Positions 57,262 through 64,000 of a DNA stretch of 64,000 bases are shown piece after piece. A model generated the notes under the pieces. That model was not told the DNA's origin. It did no database searches and saw nothing but the letters and a program-made list of their open reading frames with translations. Origin of the DNA: Epithemia pelagica (lineage: Eukaryota; Protista; Bacillariophyta); contig OX337229.1 of the NCBI GenBank assembly GCA_946965045.2, positions 2,604,001 through 2,668,000 of the forward strand. The letters are read 5' to 3'. Position numbers and translations under genes: made by a program. How positions within the stretch are numbered: the stretch's first letter is position 1; the number at the start of each line of letters is the position of its first letter.

Positions 57262-59437
57262 AGACATGACTCCGCTGAAGGTGATGTAAAGTAGGGAAGG
57301 TAGTACCGCTAAACAATTCCAAGGGGGCAATAAAGGTGCCACGCTTGGGAAGGTTGTTCCACAGCCAGACGGCGTGTCGTAGTGCAAAGGGCCAAAGGCT
57401 CAAATCGTGTGCATGTTCGGGCCAGTGAAGAACCGCATGAAGCATCATTGTGCGGGCCCAATTCGTTACAGTTTGGATGCCACGTTCGGCAACACCGTTT
57501 TGGTGATGTGCCCCGACACCCGAAAAAGAAAGGGTCTGGTTGGCCGCATCGACAGCCTCGACAAATTTGGCATTCCCAAAGGGTTTGTTATCCACTAGGT
57601 ACGACTTAACTGTCACTCCATGGTCAAGGGCATATCGTTCGAATTCCAACTTTGCTTCAACGGTCTCACCAGTGTTAAGGGACACCTGGTGGACACAGTA
57701 CATAAGACCAGAGGCATGGTCCACAAATAGAGTTCCGCCCGTGTACTGGTCTTTCTTCGGTTCTTTTCCTTTCGTGTGCGGCAAGCGACCAGTTAAGGGT
57801 GACTGATATTGGTCAATACTCACTCGGTCACCGGGAGTTAGATTCTCTGACTTGGTGACCATTTGACGTCCTTCCTTAGTATTAGCGTGTTGCGTGTTTG
57901 CTCCACGACGTCGTTGCTTCCCTAGTTGACAGGCAGTACAGCGTAGGTTCCGCGTCGGGCAGCTTGACACTTGTGTGTGTCGAGTGTGCAGGACGCGTCG
58001 ACGATCCATCCTTGGATCGCGACAGAGATCTTGAATCCATTCAAAGTGCGCGTGCCCTAGGCGCCAGTGCCATGAAAGCAACTCGCGCTGCGCCGCAGTC
58101 ATATTTTGGTTCGTCTCCGCTGCCACCGACATGAAAGCTTCCATCTCTTGGATGGACATCACATCTTCAAAGGTCAACCCCATCTGCGTTTGCGTGCTCG
58201 GCAACATCAAGGGAAGGTTGCTCTGCCAATTGAACGGGAAAGTCAACTCGCTACCATCGTGCAATGTGAGACGGCAACGGGCGTGATCAAGCGACAATCC
58301 ACCGGCTTCTTTTTCTTGGAAGTACGATTGTGGACTGAACAAGCGTATGCTTGCGTCTGGGACGTAGTAGGCTTTCGTCCGGATTGTTCGGACGACGCCA
58401 AAGACATCGCGAATGATCCACTGGACCATGCCAACACCCACCACTTTGGTTGTGCTTGCGAGACCGTTCAGTTCGGTCGTATCGCATGGCTTGATAGGTC
58501 CATCAAAGTCATTGAGCGTTGGGGTCAAGGATGTGGAGGCTCCAGTGTCGATTACGACTGGATAGTCTTGTTCATTGGACGTGTTGAGATACACCGACAT
58601 ACGATGATGGAGGGACGTATTGTCTTGATAACCGGAGGTCGTCGAGAGCTTTATCGCTGCAATCATGGCCTGAGAGACTCGTCGACTTCCTTTCTTGCGT
58701 GTCCGATGTAACAATCCACCACCAAGTTCCTTAATTGCACGGAACTGCGCTATAGGGTCCATTGTTTGCCTTGGAAGATCGTTCAGTTGGATTGCTGCGA
58801 TGAGCTCGTCCATATTCCCAAAGCACTGGGAAAGACGGCCGTTCGGTAGCTTCCAACGATCTGGTCCTTCTGGAAGCAGCGTCGGTTCGTACATCCACAA
58901 TGTAGGGGAAGAATCCGGTCCACCATGGTCGATCTCACCATTTCGGTCGTTTCGTTGCGTTTCTCGACGAGAAGATGCCTTGGGCCTTGTTGTTTTCGCG
59001 GGCTTAGGTCGTCGTCGGACTCTCAACGGTTGCTTCTTGGTATACGGGGATCTACCTTGGTCCACCGTACCAGCCCATGTGACAGTCGAATGGGTGACTA
59101 TGTTAAACATCAAAAGGGCTGTTGTGAAACGTTTTCGCACATGATAGGTTTTGGTCTTGTAGGATCGGCGTGCTCGGACGGGCTTGTATAGAAATGAGGC
59201 GAAAAAGGTGCGCCGTCCACCTCCCTCTCGCGAACGAGGCACAACGGATAAGAGCAAGACCAAAAGGGGGAAAAGAATGAGAGATCCAGGAATGGAGGGA
59301 ACGCTAGCTCCGGGCCAGAACGAAACACCACACACAAACAACAACCAAACAAAAGAGAGAAGAACCCAGGTATCCCTCCTGGGAACACAGCAATGGAAGA
59401 GAATATGGCCTACATCGACAAGTCGACGGCCACACCA
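57262..59437 (-). pseudogene. Copia pol 5' part (hydrophobic leader, aspartic protease, integrase), split by the YR insertion
   Basis: VVIDTGAS (PR), WHWRLGH and CTACQLGK (Zn-binding), VSIDQ / YLVDN / QNGVAER (IN D-D-E). Open from the codon after the gag TGA. Confidence 0.95.
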
Positions 59438-61275
59438 TCACGGGAGGGCTTGGAACTGGGCCATCAGAGTATGGACAGTCCGTTCAATGGCTCGACGGTT
59501 ATTGGCCTCGTCGTAGCCAGCGGCAACGTTTGCGGAATCAGCAATCTGCACGCGACGAGATCCGGAATTGGTGGAGGTACCAGATCCGGTTGTACCTGTG
59601 GCAGTGGCGTCAGTAGGTGTGCTGGCAATGTCCGCCCATCGTTTCGTTTCGGCATTCCAGGACATAGGAGTGCCATTGATCACCCGCCGATTGTTTTCGT
59701 CAGCAGTAGGAGGTCGCCATTTGTGGCGACGTGACCCAGTATTTGATGATGAACCGGTGGTTCCAGTCTTGTTCTTGGCGTCGTTGAATTTCTTCCGATT
59801 CGCCTCGATAAGAGCTTCATTGCGTGGCTTCTGGCAATAATTCCGGTTGTACCTGTGGCAGTGGCGTCAGTAGGTGTGCTGGCAATGGCCGCCCATCGTT
59901 TCGTTTCGGCATTCCAGGACATAGGAGTGCCATCGATCACCCGCCGATTGTTTTCGTCAGTAGTAGGAGGTCGCCATTTGTGGCGACGTGACCCAGTATT
60001 TGATGATGAACCGGTGGTTCCAGTCTTGTTCTTGGCGTCGTTGAATTTCTTCCGATTCGCCTCGATAAGAGCTTCATTGCGTGGCTTCTGGCAATCTTTG
60101 AGGGTGTGCTTTCCGCCACAATTCCAACAGGTAGGACCTTTACGATTAGAACTACTAGTCTTAGAAGTTTCGGAGGCGTTAAAGGACGACGGACTTCCAC
60201 GGGTTTTGGCACCAGTCCATTCATTGGCACGGCATAGAGAGAGATACTCTTGCTCGGCCAGATCCAAGAGAGACTCCACCTTGGGGATCGTGAACTGCGA
60301 CTGGATGGATGAGCCGGATCGGGCCAATGCACCGGCGATACGAGCTTGACTTTCGATCAATTCGAACACCTTGTTGAATTTGTCCACAGAACTCGTTTGA
60401 AGAACAGAGAGAACGGTCTTGTCGAAGTCTTTGGGAACCATGTCAATGGCTTCTAAGCGTTCGTGTGCTCCTAGAATCAGACTCACAATCTTGGAAACGT
60501 TTTCGCCGCGAACTTTTGAGATCTTGAGGTTCTCAACTGTGTCAACTAGTGACTTAGTGGCTTGGTCTGTATGAGTTACAAGAAGCTTCATCATGATTAT
60601 GAAGACTAGAGGACCTCCTTGCTGTTTGGTCTTGTATCGCTTGTAGCGTTCGTAGACTTTTGTCCACAGTGTATTTTTCATACTGACCTCAAGCTGTTTT
60701 GCAGTCAGCATGAGATTCTCCCGATACCAGCTCTTCTTTGGCCAAGTAGAGTACCACTCATTGCTCAATGCGACCTGTTCTTCCGTAAGATCGGAATAAT
60801 ACGAATAAAGGTCTTTAGGTTGGTGATTCTGGTCAGTCTTCAATGAGGGACCTGTGCCATCAGGTGTCACAATCATAAAGACGTCATGCATATCATACAT
60901 GATATGCTGACTCTTCAACCTTGAGACCATCAAGTTGAGGTTATAGCATTCTTCGAGTTGCTTCACGTCCGTAATGTTGGTGGACAGAAGGTCGAATTTG
61001 GCTGGGGTAGAAGTTGAAGCCTTGGCAAAGAGTTCTTGACGCTTCTCTGCGCCCATCCCTTCACGGTCTTCTTTCTTGAACAATGCGGTTTCCACGTTCT
61101 GTGCTGGCGTCGCTTGATCGTTAACCTCAATGGTCTCGCCATTGATCACAATGGGGGCTGTAGTACTGGTTGTCGACATTATGCTACTAGCTACGCTTAC
61201 AGTATCTGACCACCCTGCTTCAGAATCCAAATCAGAGTCTCGTAATAGGTTCAGAAGGTCTTGAAGTGTTTCCAT
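59438..61275 (-). pseudogene. Copia gag with a frameshifting 257-bp internal duplication
   Basis: QQGGPLVFIIMMKLL, zinc knuckle CWNCGGKHTLKDC. Removing one duplicate unit gives a continuous 526-aa gag ending ALP-TGA at 59438. Confidence 0.92.
59585..60095. repeat. 254-bp near-identical tandem duplication (period 257) in gag
   Basis: 59585-59838 vs 59842-60095, with only a few substitutions. Confidence 0.95.
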
Positions 61276-61477
61276 TCACCGCAAAACTGCAGCTGTTCTT
61301 CTTTTCGTCGTGTCTTCGATGCTCACCGTTTATATAAACGGGCTCTCGTGGTTCTTGCAATTCGGTAGGACTTGGGGACTTCAACGGGCTCTTTCCGACG
61401 GCTTTTTCTCAACGTCAAGGTCCGGTTTTCTCCTCTTTCGCAACCAAATTGTGTGTTATTTTACGTACGTGATACTT

Positions 61478-61489
61478 GGGCTCATAACC
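61478..61489 (-). promoter_or_regulatory. Primer-binding site (half-tRNAiMet type)
   Basis: GGTTATGAGCCC immediately after the 5' LTR. Complementary to the initiator tRNA-Met anticodon arm, as in Drosophila copia-type elements. Confidence 0.9.
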
Positions 61490-61646
61490 TGAAAAGGGAA
61501 TGGTTTGTAAAATTATGACTAAGTAAACGTATTACGAAATGGAGTAGGGCCTAAAGATATGGTGTGCGTTGGCACTGACTTGGTACTGACGATTGCGAGT
61601 CTGACGTAGGGCTAAGGGGTCACCATTAGGTCGCTCTCCCTTGTCA
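61490..61646 (-). repeat. Copia 5' LTR (157 bp)
   Basis: Identical to 46628-46784; followed on the outer side by the TSD TCAAC. Confidence 0.97.
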
Positions 61647-62132
61647 TCAACCACGACTAAATAGAGTCGAAGGAAGGGTCACACTCTTGGTTCACCCTTA
61701 TCCTCAATTGACGACGAAAGGTCGTCCAAACGACTGCCAGAAATTATGACAGCCACACTACCATCATTTTGATGGTAGTTGTCCTCAGCAACGGACACAC
61801 AACAACGGTGGGATCGACACCACGTAAACAACAGATCAACGTGATCTCATGCTCATGTCAACTGCCAGACGAACAGAGGCTTGGCTTCAATACTCGTTGC
61901 CTGTCCATCTCTTTGGCGGTGTATAATACATATCACCAATCCAAACACAGAGCAAGCAAATCTCACAGGGAATTGCCATCCATGGCACCAGTACCCAGAG
62001 CGAAAGAAAACTTAGATAGCAGTAACACTTACTGTAGACTAGCTTGAGCTCTTGAGGTGATCAAGCTCGTGAGGTCGAGCCAGTAGAACGATGATGATAC
62101 GATGGTAATGCAATGTGGACAATTTCTAAGAT

Positions 62133-64000
62133 TGTGAGCATTAGACTAAAGTTATTTCGAACGACGGCTCTTGTGATTTTTCAAACTGGAACGCATCCAC
62201 ATGTATAGTCCATGTAGCACATGAGATACACATAGACTAACCGACCAAAAGAAATTGCTAACACATAATGTGTGATTGCTAACACATAATGTGTGATCGA
62301 CTGAGGTGCGATACACATTGTGTGTTGCACATAATGTGTCACACATACGGTGGTGCGTTCTAGCCGTTGACCGTTGTGCACATAGATTTCCATAACTCTC
62401 CCTCTCACAATGGTGTCACCAACCTTGATTCTGCTTCCGATTCGCAATAAACTTTTCAGCGACCAAACCTTTCGTGAGATAGTCGGCACGTTGGTCATGA
62501 GTGGAGATTTTCGAAACCTTGGCGAAACCATTATTGACATATTCCCAGAAGAAGTGTAACTTGCAGTTGAGCCACTTGGATCGATCAGTGAGGCGTTGAT
62601 TGTTCGCGAGGAGGAAGGCCGAATTGTTGTCTTCGAAAACCTCTGCAAGAATCTGGGGTGTATCGGTGGTGAAAGGAAGGCAAGCGACCATGTCCTGGAG
62701 AACTCGTTGAACCACGATCAATTGTCGCATGGCGGCAGACAAGGCGACGTACTCGGCATGGAACGTTGAGAGGGCTGTTTCGGTCTGGAGTTTGGACTTC
62801 CACAAGAGCGGGCTACCACAGAAGAAGAGGATGTAGACTGTCCTCGACTTTGCACTTGTTGGGTTATCTTGGTCCTCTCTGCCGTGCAAACCGGCAAAGT
62901 CCGCGTCGACATAACAATCAATCTTGTAGTTGTTGTTGGGTGTGAAGATTGTTCCACGGTTGACGGTGCCGGACAAGTACCGAACGATCATCTTCACAGC
63001 AGAGGCATGGGATTGTTTGGGTTGGGATCCAAAGCGCGCAACTTGGCTGACGGCGAAAGCGATGTCAGGCCGAGTATTCGTTGACAAGTACAAGAGCATT
63101 CCAATGACCGAAGGATAGGACCAAGCTTCTTTCATTGGAGGGCCAGTAGGATCGGACCCGAGTGCAGTCGTCGAGGCTGGTGTTTTGTTTGGGTTGCAGT
63201 TGTCCATTTGTGTTGCTTGGACAATCTTGCTGATTAAGCTGGGTTGTGTCATGGTGATGGTGTTTGCCTTCTTGTCGACCACAAATTTGATACCAAGGTA
63301 CTCCGCAAAGTCACCATCTTGGGTTAGCTCAAACCCTTTCTTGTTCAACCGAGCGACAAAGTCATCGATGTCCTTTTGCTTTGGAGCAGCGACGCCGCAG
63401 TCATCAACGTAGAGGAACACGATCATGTTTGCTTTAAGGAATAGGCAAATGTCATGATCACTCTGTTTGAAACCGTCTTCCAAAAGGGCGTCTCGTAGAT
63501 GCTCATACCATAGTCTGGGAGCCACCGACAGACCGTAGAGACTTTTCTTCAATTTGAGACAAGTTGGGAACGGCTTGGACGAACGGTATCCACGAGGTAG
63601 GTGGATCCATACAGGTTCCTTTAGCGTGGCTTGAACGAAAGCATTCAAAAAGTCAACACAAATGAGAATCCAATTCTGTGTGAGAGCAAAGATAAGGACA
63701 AGACGAATGGTGCTCCAAGAGACAACAGGAGCAAACGTCTCGAACTCTCCCTCTTGCAGATCGCCTCTTACACAATACCGCGCCTTGTGCTTCTTGATTT
63801 CACCTGTCGGACTCCGTTTGTACTTGAACACCCATGTACCGGGGAGTACTTTGGATGTAGCGTCTGTAAGCGGGACTTCAATCCACGTGCCCTTGAGTTC
63901 AAGTGCTCCAATCTCCTTTTGGGCGGCGGCTTTCCACTGAGGCAAGTCCGAATGAGTCAGAATGTCGTCAAAGGAGAAGATGTCGGGATCAGAAACCGCG
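62133..64000 (-). mobile_element. Second Ty1/Copia element, 3' end (RT, RNase H, PPT, putative 3' LTR ~62133-62392); rest outside window
   Basis: Open pol to the window edge, PPT GAGAGGGAGAG at 62396-62406, candidate LTR with TG...CA ends. LTR limits cannot be verified without the other LTR. Confidence 0.85.
62416..64000 (-). CDS. Copia pol, RT + RNase H (5'-truncated by window)
   Basis: KARYCVRGD, DFLNAF, LKKSLYGL, LYVDD, YVDADFAG, STFHAEY, EDNNSA, ADYLTK. No stops. Confidence 0.97.
   Translation of the reverse strand, partial: AVSDPDIFSFDDILTHSDLPQWKAAAQKEIGALELKGTWIEVPLTDATSKVLPGTWVFKYKRSPTGEIKKHKARYCVRGDLQEGEFETFAPVVSWSTIRLVLIFALTQNWILICVDFLNAFVQATLKEPVWIHLPRGYRSSKPFPTCLKLKKSLYGLSVAPRLWYEHLRDALLEDGFKQSDHDICLFLKANMIVFLYVDDCGVAAPKQKDIDDFVARLNKKGFELTQDGDFAEYLGIKFVVDKKANTITMTQPSLISKIVQATQMDNCNPNKTPASTTALGSDPTGPPMKEAWSYPSVIGMLLYLSTNTRPDIAFAVSQVARFGSQPKQSHASAVKMIVRYLSGTVNRGTIFTPNNNYKIDCYVDADFAGLHGREDQDNPTSAKSRTVYILFFCGSPLLWKSKLQTETALSTFHAEYVALSAAMRQLIVVQRVLQDMVACLPFTTDTPQILAEVFEDNNSAFLLANNQRLTDRSKWLNCKLHFFWEYVNNGFAKVSKISTHDQRADYLTKGLVAEKFIANRKQNQGW

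Larger units (their letters stand above)
46628..61646 (-). mobile_element. Ty1/Copia (CoDi-like) LTR retrotransposon, RT-deleted, interrupted by a YR retrotransposon
   Basis: Identical 157-bp TG...CA LTRs, 5-bp TSD TCAAC (46623-46627 and 61647-61651), PBS, PPT, gag, PR, IN and RNase H tail. No RT domain. Confidence 0.97.

Noticed and set aside
50823-59440. UGA reassigned to an amino acid genome-wide (would explain both gag-UGA-pol junctions)
   Set aside because: Conserved host genes in the window (e.g. RPN1, PCD) end at TGA at the expected C-terminal position, so the standard code applies.
1-64000. tRNA, rRNA or snRNA genes
   Set aside because: No T-loop/D-loop cloverleaf or snRNA signature was recognised by eye; tRNAscan-SE/Infernal would be needed to exclude them formally.

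Overview
Eukaryotic nuclear DNA, most likely from a pennate diatom (inferred from short GT-AG introns, bipartite plastid-type leaders, CoDi-like Copia elements and diatom-type genes). Three zones. (1) 1-2752: right-hand part of a PIF/Harbinger-like DNA transposon with an intron-containing DDE transposase and a divergent accessory gene with an HSP20/alpha-crystallin-like C-terminus. (2) ~2.9-42.4 kb: a gene-dense host region with two convergent ISIP1-like paralogues, two convergent membrane-anchored PAPS-reductase/thioredoxin fusion paralogues, a plastid-type CX5R phosphatase, NDK, JMJD6, HEI10-like RING, a solo ABC-type ATPase, RPN1, PCD, two AIG1-like membrane proteins, THP3/LENG8, SEC62, PGAM5 and NudC. 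(3) ~42.9-64 kb: decayed sequence (including a Crinkler/RHS-like pseudogene) hosting a TE nest. An RT-deleted Copia (46628-61646; identical 157-bp LTRs; TCAAC TSD) is interrupted inside its integrase by an apparently intact 9.1-kb tyrosine-recombinase retrotransposon with split direct repeats A1-ORFs-B1-A2-B2 (48174-57261). A second Copia family runs off the right edge. The most striking observations: both nested retroelements have gag and pol in the same frame separated by a single UGA (candidate readthrough); the YR-element Pol appears to start with a degenerate cytosine-5 methyltransferase-like domain; a perfect G-quadruplex motif forms the A2/B2 spacer; and the PAPS reductase-CGHC thioredoxin fusions have a type II membrane topology. 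All family assignments come from motif recognition by eye; no database searches were run.
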